The notes beneath the pieces are model-generated. The model saw only the letters and a list, made by a program, of their open reading frames with translations, was not told where the DNA came from and searched no databases. From contig CBDBDQ010000005.1 in the NCBI GenBank assembly GCA_965203905.1, forward strand, positions 1,344,001-1,408,000: a stretch of DNA of 64,000 nucleotides. Reading direction: 5' to 3'. This document shows, in pieces, positions 1 to 10,057 of the stretch; position 1 is the stretch's first letter; each line of letters starts with the position of its first letter. This DNA comes from Spirochaetia bacterium (GTDB taxonomy: Bacteria; Spirochaetota; Spirochaetia; SZUA-6; Bin103). The position numbers and the translations under genes were made by a program.

Positions 1-372
1 AGGCCCGCCCCGCGACCCAGCGCGCCCTCGTCGCCGCCCACCGCGACGTGCTTGCGGAACAGGTACGGCAGCCGCTCCGGCGCCACGCCCCTGCCTTCGT
101 CGGTAACCGAGATCGCCACCTCGGCGCCATCGTGCAACGCCTCGACCCGGATCGGGGCGGACTCCTGAGAGTACCGCGCGGCGTTGGAGAACAGGTTGTT
201 CAGCACCTGCACGATGCGCCGCTCATCCGCCATCACCCGCGGCAGCTCCGGCGGCAGGTCGATGTGCAGGGTGTGCCGGGCGCCGCCACTCAGGAACGTG
301 CTGCGCGCCTGGTCCACCAGGGCGGACACCTCCACGGGACCGAGGTCCACCGACAGCGTGCCGGTGTCAATG
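1..372 (-). pseudogene. 3' part (HATPase_c region) of the sensor histidine kinase interrupted by the IS21 element; continues beyond the window edge
   Basis: Minus strand reads IDTGTLSVDLGPVEVSALVDQARSTF...ADERRIVQVLNNLFSNAARYS...VTDEGRGV (N-box and G1 box). It joins in frame to ...LLDAGR at 4534+ once the IS and one AATG copy are removed. Confidence 0.9.
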
Positions 373-697
373 TGCGTATTCCGGTGAAAAAAGCCACCCA
401 TTCCGGAAATAAAAAGCCACCGGGGAGTGGTCCGACCCTGCACCAGCCAGTATAGCGGGGTGGCTTTTTTGAATCAATCTGACAGTGCGCTCAGAGCGCT
501 CAGAGGGGGTTAAGAGCGGTAACGGCCACTTGGCCGGAGTCCTCCAGGGTGGCCTGTTGCCGGTGCCTGGTACACCGCCCTGGCTGAGGAGACTGCATCG
601 GCGGTGGTTGGATCTGTGTAAGCGACACCGTGATGCGCTGGAGAGTAGCATCTGGCTGGCGGAGCGCCGTGTCGAATGGTTTGTTCGAGGTGCAGGC

Positions 698-1958
698 GTG
701 GCGAATCGCGCGGGCCAGCGGCGCTGAGAAACGGCGTTGACGGGCATTTTTCGGATGTTCGGGGGTACCCTGGAGTACCGCCGCGGGTTGGGAAGGGCCT
801 CAGGGGGCCGCTGAGAGGCTGACTCTGACGCCGAGCGGCGCGCTGACGGCGAAACGGCGGTGGCGGCCGGCGGCGGAGGGGTGCGAATGCCGCGATCGCG
901 GGCGCGACGGTGTTCATGCTGGCGTGCTGCCGCGACCTCGACCGGTGGCCCGGCGGCAGGCAGCGGTAGTCGGCGCGGAACAGCAACCGGCGACCGCACG
1001 CGGTGCCTTCGATTTGTGGGTCCAGGCGGAGCCGGTGCGGGCGGACCGCGCGGGCCAGCGGCGCTGAGAAACGGCGTTGACGGGCATTTTTCGGATGTTC
1101 GGGGGTACCCTGGAGTACCGCCGCGGGTTGGGAAGGGCCTCAGGGGGCCGCTGAGAGGCTGACTCTGACGCCGAGCGGCGCGCTGACGGCGAAACGGCGG
1201 TGGCGGCCGGCGGTAGAGGGGTGCGAATGCCGCGATCGCGGGCGCGACGGTGTTCATGCTGGCGTGCTGCCGCGACCTCGACCGGTGGCCCGGCGGCAGG
1301 CAGCGGTAGTTGGCTCGGAATAGCAACCGACAATCGCTCGCGGGGTGCCCTTCGATTGCGGGTCCAGGCGGACGCCGGTGTGGCGGACCGCGCGGGCCAG
1401 TGGCGCTGAGAAACGGCGTTGACGGGCATTTTTCGGATGTTCGGGGGTACCCTGGAGTACCGCCGCGGGTTGGGAAGGGCCTCAGGGGGCCGCTGAGAGG
1501 CTGACTCTGACGCCGAGCGGCGCGCTGACGGCGAAACGGCGGTGGCGGCCGGCGGTAGAGGGGTGCGAATGCCGCGATCGCGGGCGCGACGGTGTTCATG
1601 CTGGCGTGCTGCCGCGACCTCGACCGGTGGCCCGGCGGCAGGCAGCGGTAGTTGGCTCGGAATAGCAACCGACAATCGCTCGCGGGGTGCCCTTCGATTG
1701 CGGGTCCAGGCGGACGCCGGTGTGGCGGACCGCGCGGGCCAGTGGCGCTGAGAAACGGCGTTGACGGGCATTTTTCGGATGTTCGGGGGTACCCTGGAGT
1801 ACCGCCGCGGGTTGGGAAGGGCCTCAGGGGGCCGCTGAGAAGCCGACCCTGACGCCGAGCGGCGCGCTGACGGCCAAACAGCGCTGCCAGACGGTCGTGG
1901 AGGGGTCCGCATGCCCGAGATCGCCGCCGCGACGGTGCTCGTTGCTGCCGCGACCTCG
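698..1958. repeat. Tandem array of ~340-342-bp units inside the IS21 element (3 full copies plus a partial, degenerating copy)
   Basis: Anchor GCGCTGAGAAACGGCGTTGACGGGCATTTTTCGGATG recurs at 721, 1061, 1403 and 1745 (periods 340, 342, 342). Confidence 0.95.
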
Positions 1959-2029
1959 TGGTGGACCACGGAGCGCCGCGCGCGGCAGCACGGCTCCTGC
2001 CCGGCGCGGTCGTGGCGCCGGCCGGGGCG

Positions 2030-2791
2030 CTATCCCAGCGGCTCGGCTGGATCCCGGTTGGCGCGCTCGGCATACAGCTTGCGCACCGAATCTCCTTCCA
2101 GGTCGATGCGGTGGGCGCCGTGCACGAGGCGATCACAGATCGCGTCGGCGATGGTGGGCTCGCCGATCACCTCATGCCAGGACGACACCGGCAACTGCGA
2201 CACCATCAGCGTCGAGGCTCGACCGTGGCGATCTTCGAGCATCTCCAGCAGTGCCAGCCGCGCCAGTGCGTCCAGCGGCTCCAGCGCAAAGTCATCGATG
2301 ATCGTCAAAGCCTGCTTGCTGATCTTCTCCAGCTCGCGGACGTAACTGCCGTCAGCCTTGGCCAGGCGCAGTTCCGCGAACAGCCGCGAGGACGCATGGT
2401 AGCCGACCCGGAACCCGCGCAGACACGCCTGGTGGCCCAGTGCGGAGGCCAGGAAGCTCTTCCCGGAGCCACATTTGCCGGTGATGATCAGGTCCTGGTG
2501 GTGCTGCACCCAGCGGCAGTCGGCCAGCCGCAGCAACTGGTTCCGGTCCAGGTTGCGGCGCAGTGCGAAGTCGACCTCCTCGATGGCGGCCGGGTAGCGA
2601 AAACGGGCCGCCTTCAGCAGCCGCTTCAGCCGCCGCTCATGGCGGTCGTCCCACTCGGCATCCACCAGGTGAGCCAGCAACTCGTCGGCGGTCCACTGGC
2701 CCTGGGTGTCGAGGCTGGTGCGCAACGCCCGCGCCATGCCGTGCAGGCGCATCTGGTCGAGCTTGTGGAGGGTAGCTTGGTTATTGGTCAT
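2030..2791 (-). CDS. istB: IS21 helper AAA+ ATPase IstB
   Basis: MTNNQATLHKLDQMRLHGM..., Walker A GKCGSGKS, Walker B IIDDF, and DAICDRLVHGAHRIDLEGDSVR. Confidence 0.95.
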   Translation of the reverse strand: MTNNQATLHKLDQMRLHGMARALRTSLDTQGQWTADELLAHLVDAEWDDRHERRLKRLLKAARFRYPAAIEEVDFALRRNLDRNQLLRLADCRWVQHHQDLIITGKCGSGKSFLASALGHQACLRGFRVGYHASSRLFAELRLAKADGSYVRELEKISKQALTIIDDFALEPLDALARLALLEMLEDRHGRASTLMVSQLPVSSWHEVIGEPTIADAICDRLVHGAHRIDLEGDSVRKLYAERANRDPAEPLG

Positions 2792-2804
2792 CGTCGGACC
2801 CCCC

Positions 2805-4361
2805 TCAGTGGTAGTAGCGGCTGCCACGCACGTTGTCATGGCTGGGGAAGCTCAGCGGCTGCTGCTCTTGCTCCTCCTCCAAGCCCAGCTTCAGCATGTT
2901 CTGAATGCGGCGGTAGGAGCACAGACCGTAGGACAGCGCCCGCCGGCAGGCGCGATCGAGCCGCGCTGCGCCGTAGCTCTTCTCCAGGTTCAGGATGCCG
3001 AGGCAGGCACGGAACCCCTGCGGCGGGTACTTGGCGTCCCCTAGCACCTGCTCGATCACCGCCTCGACGTTGGGGCCGAGCGCCCGTCCCCAACGCAGAA
3101 ATCGTTCCGGACTCCACTCGGCGTACCAGCGGTGCTGCGGCGGCATGTGGTCGGGCAGCGTGGTGTAGCCACCCGGACGGCGATCACGCTGGTACTCGGC
3201 GATGCGCACGTTGTCGTAGTAGATCGTGACGGTGCGCTCGTCGTACAGCAGTTTCACCTTGGTGCGCGGATCGCGGGTGCGTAGTTGCCAGGGCACGCTG
3301 TAGTGGTGCCGGTCTTCGCGCAGCTCGACGTGATAGTTGAACCCGACCGTCACTTCGCGGGTCTGCTGCAGCGGGAAGTGGTGCGCAGGCAACGGCGCCA
3401 GGGCCGGCTGCTCGATCTGCTCGAACAGCTCACGGCGTGAGTAGGGCAGCCGCTGAAAGCGGCGCCGGTTGTGCTGCTCGAGCAGCGGCCTGATCGCCGC
3501 GTTGAGCGCCTCGAGCGAGTGGAAGGTACGATCACGCAACGGGGCGTAGATGCGCTGATAGGTCAGCCGCACCGCGTTCTCGACCAGAGCCTTGTCCCGT
3601 GCCTGGCGGACGCGGGCGGGCATGATGACGAGCCCATAGTGCTCGGCGAACGCGTCGAAGGTGGGATTGATGCCCGGCTCATAGGGGTCTGAGCGGCTCA
3701 CGGCGCTGCGCAGGTTGTCCGGGATGATGACCTGCGGGCAGCCGCCGCAGTAGCGCAGCGCGCGCTCGTTGGAGCGGATCCAGTCCTCGCTCTGTTGCGT
3801 GGCGCTGGCCTCCACGTAGGTCAGCTCGCTGGCCCCGAGGATCGCGACGAAGGTTTCCACCGCCTGCTCCTTGCCGCCCTCCGGGTCCACGATCGCCAGC
3901 CGGTCGCCGGCGTAGTCGACGAACAGCTTCTCGCCGGCCTTGTGGTCGATGTGCATGGCCACCTCGGCGCTCTTGCGCCAGCGGTGGAAATGGTGGCAGA
4001 ACTGGCTGTTCTGATAGCCGTCCGGGTGTTCGCGCAGGTACTCCTCCCAGAGCAACTGCAGCGTCACTCCCTTGCGCCGCAGCTCCTTGACCATCATCGG
4101 AAACCGCTCGACCAGCCGCTCATAGCGCGCGTTGGTGCGCGCCGCACGATTGCCCTCCAACACGCTCAGCAACTCGCTGTCGGGCAACTCCTGCGCCTGC
4201 TCCCAGGTCAGTCCGCTGCCGCGGAAGCACTCCAGGTACTTCGCCACCGCGGTGCGCGACACCTGCAGCGCGCGGCCAATCGCTCGCTCACTCAGACCGG
4301 TGGTCACCCCGTAGCGGATGACCTCCTTGATCTTCTCCATGTTGATCCTCCTGCGTGCCAT
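2805..4361 (-). CDS. istA: IS21 DDE transposase IstA
   Basis: N-terminal HTH (SERAIGRALQVSRTAVAKY), FVDYAG, IIPDNLRSAV, ARVRQARDKALVENAV and HDNVRGSRYY. Confidence 0.95.
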   Translation of the reverse strand: MARRRINMEKIKEVIRYGVTTGLSERAIGRALQVSRTAVAKYLECFRGSGLTWEQAQELPDSELLSVLEGNRAARTNARYERLVERFPMMVKELRRKGVTLQLLWEEYLREHPDGYQNSQFCHHFHRWRKSAEVAMHIDHKAGEKLFVDYAGDRLAIVDPEGGKEQAVETFVAILGASELTYVEASATQQSEDWIRSNERALRYCGGCPQVIIPDNLRSAVSRSDPYEPGINPTFDAFAEHYGLVIMPARVRQARDKALVENAVRLTYQRIYAPLRDRTFHSLEALNAAIRPLLEQHNRRRFQRLPYSRRELFEQIEQPALAPLPAHHFPLQQTREVTVGFNYHVELREDRHHYSVPWQLRTRDPRTKVKLLYDERTVTIYYDNVRIAEYQRDRRPGGYTTLPDHMPPQHRWYAEWSPERFLRWGRALGPNVEAVIEQVLGDAKYPPQGFRACLGILNLEKSYGAARLDRACRRALSYGLCSYRRIQNMLKLGLEEEQEQQPLSFPSHDNVRGSRYYH

Positions 4362-4529
4362 GCATCTCCCTCCGGTACGGATCGGGAGAGCGTAGTGGAG
4401 GATCGGACCAGACCCCGTCCGGGCAGCAGCCTCAAATTGGCTTTTTTCCGCCGGACGGGTGGCTTTTTATTTCCGGACGGCTGGCTCCCTTATAATCGGA
4501 TCAGTGGCTCTTTTGCACCGGATTCTGCA

Positions 4530-5669
4530 AATGCGACCGGCATCGAGCAGATCCCTGATCAGGCCGTCCATGTAATCGGCCTGCTGGTCGATGATGCGGA
4601 AGAACTGCCGCACCTCGGCCGGGTCCACCACGCGCAGGTTGCCCAGCGCAGTGGCCGCCAGCCCCTTGATGGAGCTCAACGGCGCCCGCAACTCGTGACT
4701 CACCATCCCCAGGAACTCCGCCCGCTGGCGCTCCAGCTCCTCCAGCGGTCCCAGGTCCTGAAGGGTCACGACCAACGACTCGACGGTACCGCCTTCGAAC
4801 TTGATCGGCGTCGCGTTCATCAGCGTCGTCACGCTCCTGCCGTCGTCCACCGACAGTACGATTTCCTCGGCGCGCACCGTGGTGGCGCTGCGCAGCGCCG
4901 CCGCCAGGGGGAACTCGTCAGAGTTGATCTCCTGCCCATCGGCGCGCCGGCAGGTCACCACCTGTAGCAGCTCCTCCATTGTCTGCCCCGGATCGAGCAG
5001 GTCCCTGACGATCCGCCGCGCCTCCTGGTTGTGCGAGACCAATTGCGCGGTCCTGGCATCGAACACCACGACGCCCACCGGGGAGGTGTCGATCAGGGCC
5101 TCCAGGTCGGCCCGCACCCGCTGCTCGTCGCGGTGCGTACGGGCGTTGGCGATCGCGGTCGCGGCCTGCGAGGCGAACAGCACCAGCACCTCCTCGTCCT
5201 CGCCCGAATACTCCTGTCCTTCTTCCTTGTCGCCGAGAAAGAAGTTGCCGATCAGCACCCCGCGATGGCGCATCGGCGTTCCCTGGAAGGTCTTTGCGGT
5301 TATGAAGTCCGAACGAAAGCCGAGCGACTGCACGTAGGCGGGCAGGTCCCGCACGCGCAGCGGGGAGGGCAGATCTCGCAAGTGTTTGAACAGCTTCATT
5401 CCGTCCGGCCAGTCCTTCAACCCCCGGCGCTCCTCCGGCGTGAGGCCGCACATGAGAAGGTCATCCAGTTTCCCCGCCTCGTCGACGGTGGTGATCAACG
5501 CATAGCGGGAGCCGGTGAGAGCGCGCGCGTTCTCGGCGATCTCGTGCAGGACGGTGTCGATATCGAGGCTCGCGCTGACGCGCAGCGCCGCCGCGCTCAG
5601 GTTCGAGATACGGTTGCGCAGCGCCTCATTCTCCCGGCCGAGCTCGTCTGCACTCTTCAATGGGCCCAT
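4530..5669 (-). pseudogene. 5' part of a GAF-PAS sensor histidine kinase (through HisKA), disrupted by IS21
   Basis: GAF region, PAS (LIDTSPVGVVVFDA) and H-box EFLGMVSHELRAPLSSIKG. The ORF runs into the IS end after DAGRI. Confidence 0.9.
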
Positions 5670-5954
5670 CCCCGTCGCGCCCCGTCGCCATGCGGTTCGA
5701 CTTCACCGGGGTGCGCACTGGTGCTGCCGAACCGTCCCATTTGGGCGAGTCCCAACGGGAATCAACAATATCGCCACTGTTTCTATCCCATTATACACAC
5801 TATGATCACCATGTTCCTCCTACAATCTCGATATGATCGCGATTGGTCACGCGGGGCAGGATGCAACGCGATGCCTATTTGAGGTCGAGCACGAAACGCG
5901 TGGCCGCCCCCGGTGGCGGGCGGGCGGCCGTGTCCGGATGCGACAGACGGACAC

Positions 5955-5983
5955 TTGCATCCTGCACGGTATTGCCGTACATA
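5955..5983 (+). promoter_or_regulatory. Putative sigma70 promoter with overlapping inverted repeat (candidate higBA autorepression operator)
   Basis: TTGCAT-N17-TACATA lies just before the higB ATG. An imperfect inverted repeat TGCACGG-TATTG-CCGTACA overlaps it. Confidence 0.45.
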
Positions 5984-5991
5984 CGCGGCAC

Positions 5992-6138
5992 ATGATCGTC
6001 CGTTCCATTCGCCATCGGGGCCTGCGCCAGCTCTACGAGAACGACTCGTCCCGGCTGCTGAAACAGGACCTCGTGGAGCGGGTGCGCGGCATCCTGGCCG
6101 CGCTGGCCATGGCGGACAACATGGAGGGGTTCATTTGA
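5992..6138 (+). pseudogene. higB: Truncated HigB/RelE-family toxin (48 aa)
   Basis: MIVRSIRHRGLRQLYENDSSRLLKQDLVERVRGILAAL is a typical HigB N-terminus and the C-terminal half is missing. Its stop overlaps the higA start (TGATG). Confidence 0.75.
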
Positions 6139-6443
6139 TGACCAGCGGCGGCATCAAGATGGGGATGGCTCCCCCGCATCCCGGAACCTTCATCCGCATC
6201 GAGGCCCTTGAGGAGTTGGGGTTGAGCGTTTCCGCGGCGGCGCGGATTCTGGGCGTGCGCCGTGCGACGCTCTCCGACGTGCTGAACGGCAACGCGTCGC
6301 TTTCGCCGGAAATGGCGATGCGGGTCGAGAAGGCGTTCGGTCTCAGCATGGACCTGCTGTTGCGGATGCAGGCATGGCACGACGCCATGCAGATGCGGGC
6401 GCGGGCCGACGAAATCGACGTTCAGCGGTATCAGCCGGCATGA
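6138..6443 (+). CDS. higA: HigA-family antitoxin (HTH)
   Basis: PPHPGTFIRIEALEELGLSVSAAARILGVRRATLSDVLNGNASLSPEMAMRVEKAFG...LLRMQAWHD. Confidence 0.92.
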   Translation: MTSGGIKMGMAPPHPGTFIRIEALEELGLSVSAAARILGVRRATLSDVLNGNASLSPEMAMRVEKAFGLSMDLLLRMQAWHDAMQMRARADEIDVQRYQPA

Positions 6444-6853
6444 GGGTCAGCCGTCCGCCACCTCGAATGCGGTGACGTTGCGCGTCTCGCGGCTGAACTC
6501 CGCCGCGGCTTCCGCCGGCGTTGGTGGTCCCGGTGTGGTCGCGGGCCGACACGGCGGCGGTGCTGCCGAGCACCTCGAATTGCGCGCTGCACTGGGTTCA
6601 ACGCGTTCTACGAAGCCCGCCGCGGTTGTCTTGCCGTACCGACACGCCTATCCTGGGACGGATAGGGACCGAGAGCCGTGGCTACGCTTGCACAATGGAC
6701 ACGGAACCTCGAACAGCGGGTGGATAGTCTGGAGATCAACCTGGCACGCTCTAAGGCCATCGGCGACGAGGCCGATGCTCAACCTGCAGGCGGTACGGAG
6801 CCGCCCCGCGGCTACCTGACCGCGCTGGTGTAGCGTGCCGGTCTGAGCTTGCC

Positions 6854-7642
6854 ATGGCATCACGTGGACCGCGCCCGGGGCGCTTCATTCTCAACTGCGA
6901 GCCGTCCGCCGGCGCCGACACCGACTGGACCTACGAGGACGCCGTCGCGGCCGGGGTCGTCGCGGCTGCCGCGGCCCGTTCGGCCGTCGACCTGCGCCGC
7001 CCCGACTGGCCGGTCAGCGACCAGGGAACTACCGGCGCCTGCGTCGGTTTCGCCACCGCCGGCGGCGTGCTTCACTGGCACTACTGGAAGGCGGGTCTGC
7101 TGCCGCCCGGCGAACGCCCCTCGCCACGCTTCATCTGGATGGCCAACAAGGAGACCGACCGGCTCACCTCCTTCCCCACCACCTTCATCGATTCCGCCGG
7201 CACCCAGACCAAGCTGGCGCTGCGCATCGCTCGCCGCTACGGCTGCGTTCTGGAGAGCACGTTGCCGATGAGCGGCAGGCTCAGCTCCCTGAGCACCGCG
7301 GCGTTCTATGCCCGAGCCGCCAAGTACCGCATCGCCAGCTACCACAACCTGCGCCGCAACCTCTCCCGGTGGCGCCGCTGGCTCTCCAACCAGGGACCGA
7401 TTCTGGCGCGCGTGGCGGTGGACCGTACCTGGGACCGGGCCACGCGCACCCACGGCGAGTTGGAGGTGTATCGACCGGACACCGAGCGCGGCGGGCACGC
7501 GGTGTGCCTGGTGGGATACACCGAGCACGGCTTCATCGTGCGCAACAGCTGGGGCGCGGGCTGGGGCGACGGCGGCTTCGCCTACGCCGCCGACGACTAC
7601 GCCGCCGACGCCATCACCGAGGCCTACGGCGCGGTACTGTAA
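6854..7642 (+). CDS. Papain-like C1 family cysteine peptidase
   Basis: DQGTTGACVGFA (oxyanion Gln, catalytic Cys), GHAVCLVGY (His) and RNSWGAGWGDGG (Asn). Confidence 0.9.
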   Translation: MASRGPRPGRFILNCEPSAGADTDWTYEDAVAAGVVAAAAARSAVDLRRPDWPVSDQGTTGACVGFATAGGVLHWHYWKAGLLPPGERPSPRFIWMANKETDRLTSFPTTFIDSAGTQTKLALRIARRYGCVLESTLPMSGRLSSLSTAAFYARAAKYRIASYHNLRRNLSRWRRWLSNQGPILARVAVDRTWDRATRTHGELEVYRPDTERGGHAVCLVGYTEHGFIVRNSWGAGWGDGGFAYAADDYAADAITEAYGAVL

Positions 7643-7902
7643 CGCCTACCCGGTCGCCTTAGTCCATCGATTTGTCTTGCGGTTGATTGCGGCGCCGGCG
7701 GTCCACTTGCCGGGTCAGTCGGCCGCGGAGCGCAGCGACCATGATCAGGAGTGACATCACCCCGAACACGGCTGCCAGGGCGAGAAGGTCTGGATCGATC
7801 AAAGGACTCCTCCCGGTAGCCCCTCCCAGTCCCATGGTCGGCAGGCCGAATGCAAGGCTTTACCGTGGGGCCGAAAGCACACCTCTGTGCAGCCGGCAGG
7901 GC

Positions 7903-8160
7903 GTGCAGGAGCGCCTGCAGCGGGTCTGGGTCGATCTCGCAACCGGCTATGACCTGGATGGCATCCACCACGACTTCATCCGGCTTGCCACCTCGGCGTA
8001 CGACTACTCCCGTTCCTCCCTGCAGCAGTTCCAGTCCTGGGTGCGGCCCTGGTCGACGCCCAGCGGTACGAGGAACTGGCGGCCGCATTGCCGGACGACC
8101 CCTACGCCATGACCGACGCGCTGCCCGAGTTGTGGGACCGCTTCCGCCGCGACCGTGACC
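7903..8160 (+). pseudogene. Frameshifted internal fragment duplicating the downstream GHL10 gene (8988-9248)
   Basis: Near-identical DNA CAGGAGCGCCTGCAGCGGGTCTGG...GATGGCATCCACCACGACTTCATC...CTGCCCGAGTTGTGGGACCG, with small indels and no start context. Confidence 0.9.
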
Positions 8161-8339
8161 GCTGGCTGGCCGGCGCCGCAGGTTCGCGCATGCGCCGCAT
8201 GCGCCGGCACCGGTTGCCCGGGATCGCCTCCGCGGGTCACAATGAGGCGTGGGGAACCGCGGGGAACGGGGTTGCCATCCCGCACTCCACGATTATCTTC
8301 TTGGGTATATCTTCTTGTGTAACGAAGTAGGTTGAGGAA

Positions 8340-9665
8340 ATGAGAACTACGAACCGGTGGCGCACCAGCGCTGTGGATCGCCAGCCAGCTCTCCGACGCG
8401 CCGCGGGCGCCGGGCTCTTGATCGTCGCTGCCCTGCTGCTCTCCTGCGCGTCAGAGCCTCCGGCGGTGCTTCCGGCCGAGACCACCGCCGAAGAACAGCC
8501 GCCTCCCGCGCGGCAGTTCGACGAGGTGCGGGCGCTGTGGGTGGCGCGTACCTCGCTCGACAGTCCGGCCGCGGTGCGAACGCTGGTGGAGCAGGCAGCC
8601 ACCAGTGGATTCAACACGCTGTTCGTCCAGGTGCGCGCCCGCGGCGACGCGCTGTACCGCTCGCTGCTGGAGCCGCCCCCGGAGTTCCTGCGCGACCAAC
8701 CGGGGTTCGATCCGCTGCAACTGGTAATCGAGGAAGCACACGCACGCGGGTTGGCGGTGCATGCGTGGGTGAACGCGTACCTGGTCTGGGGCCCCACGGA
8801 TCCGCCCGGCGACCCGAGCCACCTGGTGAATGCCCACCCCGAGTGGCTGGCCGTGCCACGGGCCCTGGGCCGTCAATTGTACGATCGCGACCCGTACGAT
8901 CCGACCTACGTGCAGCGGTTGATCGACTACGCGGCAGCCAACAGCGGGGTGGTTGAAGGACTGTATACCAGTCCGTCGCACCCGGATGTCCAGGAGCGCC
9001 TGCAGCGGGTCTGGCTCGATCTCGCAACCGGCTATGACCTGGATGGCATCCACCACGACTTCATCAGGTTTGCCACCTCGGCGTTCGACTATTCCCGCTC
9101 CTCCCTGGAGCAGTTCCAGGCCTGGGTGCGGCCTCTGATCGACGCGCAGGGGTACGAGGAACTGGCGAGCGCAGTCGGGGATGACCCCTACGCCATGGCC
9201 GACGCGCTGCCCGAGTTGTGGGACCGGTTCCGCCGCGACACCGTCACCGACCTGGTGCGCCGCGTCTACCGCGACGTAAAGGCACGGCGCCCCGAGCTCG
9301 TGGTCTCCGCGGCGGTGCTCCCCGATTGGCGCTCCGCGGCAATCTGGCAGTTTCAGGATTGGTCGTCCTGGTTGACGGACGACATCATCGATGTCGCCGT
9401 CCCGATGGCGTACACCGGCGACGACGACCAGTTTCAGGGCTGGGTCGGCGCGGCCCTGGCCACGGCCGGAGCATCCGACCGGGTGTGGGCCGGCGTCGGC
9501 GCCTACCGCAACCCGGTGGAACATACGGTACGCCAGATTGACCTGGCACGCGCCATCGGCGTCGGCGGGGTCGCCGTGTTCGCCTACCACCTGGCCTCCG
9601 CCACTCCGCCTCCTGCAGGCGCGACGCCATCCCTGGAGCGAATCGGCAACGCCGCCTTCCGCTGA
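8340..9665 (+). CDS. GHL10/DUF187 (DigH/YddW-like) glycoside hydrolase lipoprotein
   Basis: Lipobox LLSC, EVRALWV, GFNTLFVQVRARGDALY, FDPLQLVIEEAHARGLAVHAW, YDLDGIHHDFIR, QDWSSW and PMAY. Confidence 0.88.
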   Translation: MRTTNRWRTSAVDRQPALRRAAGAGLLIVAALLLSCASEPPAVLPAETTAEEQPPPARQFDEVRALWVARTSLDSPAAVRTLVEQAATSGFNTLFVQVRARGDALYRSLLEPPPEFLRDQPGFDPLQLVIEEAHARGLAVHAWVNAYLVWGPTDPPGDPSHLVNAHPEWLAVPRALGRQLYDRDPYDPTYVQRLIDYAAANSGVVEGLYTSPSHPDVQERLQRVWLDLATGYDLDGIHHDFIRFATSAFDYSRSSLEQFQAWVRPLIDAQGYEELASAVGDDPYAMADALPELWDRFRRDTVTDLVRRVYRDVKARRPELVVSAAVLPDWRSAAIWQFQDWSSWLTDDIIDVAVPMAYTGDDDQFQGWVGAALATAGASDRVWAGVGAYRNPVEHTVRQIDLARAIGVGGVAVFAYHLASATPPPAGATPSLERIGNAAFR

Positions 9666-9667
9666 GC

Positions 9668-9785
9668 TGCCCATGCTGCTCCGGTAGTGCCCGCACTGCC
9701 GCCGAGACCTTCTTGGCGGCCCTCCCATTCCCTCTGTGGTCGATCAGCAGGTGCGCGTAGCGCGCCACGGCCAGGTGCGTTCGGA
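9668..9785 (-). pseudogene. Possible 3' remnant of a tyrosine recombinase/integrase
   Basis: Minus strand reads THLAVARYAHLLIDHRGNGRAAKKVSAAV, resembling the catalytic-Tyr RYAHL...AA tail of phage integrases. No upstream part is present. Confidence 0.4.
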
Positions 9786-10057
9786 CGCCACCGAAGGGCG
9801 TCTGTCGTCCTTTTGATCTACTCCAAATGAGGGGCGCGGCGAACCTTCCAATCTCCATAAACTGACGTGCGCGCGCAACAACTCGATGGCACAGCCAACG
9901 CGACGCACCCGTTTGCTGCCAGAGAAACAAAGGATTGCAGGCGCACCGTTGCCGACGAGTGAGCCGGATCGGAGGACTACGGCGTGGATTCCAACCTGTC
10001 GGCGGGAAGTGCGTTTTCATGAGCGACTAGGACCGCGCTGCTCATGGGACATTCCTA

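Larger units (their letters stand above)
373..4529 (-). mobile_element. IS21-family insertion sequence, 4,157 bp, with 4-bp target duplication AATG (369-372 and 4530-4533)
   Basis: Ends TGCGTATTCCGGTGAAAAAAGCCAC and (reverse complement) TGCAGAATCCGGTGCAAAAGAGCCAC give TG...CA termini. Multiple subterminal TCCGG...AAAAGCCAC boxes occur at both ends (378-421, 459-475, 4437-4523), typical of IS21. It contains istA and istB. Confidence 0.95.

Noticed and set aside
698-1958. CRISPR array interpretation of the IS21 repeats
   Set aside because: Units are ~342 bp and almost wholly identical, with no short repeat/unique spacer alternation and no cas genes in the window.
367-2136. 589-aa and 351-aa minus-strand ORFs across the IS21 tandem array
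   Set aside because: Arg/Pro/Ala-rich with no domain signal. They stay open because the DNA is GC-rich and the 342-bp period is a multiple of 3, and the 340-bp unit shifts the frame.
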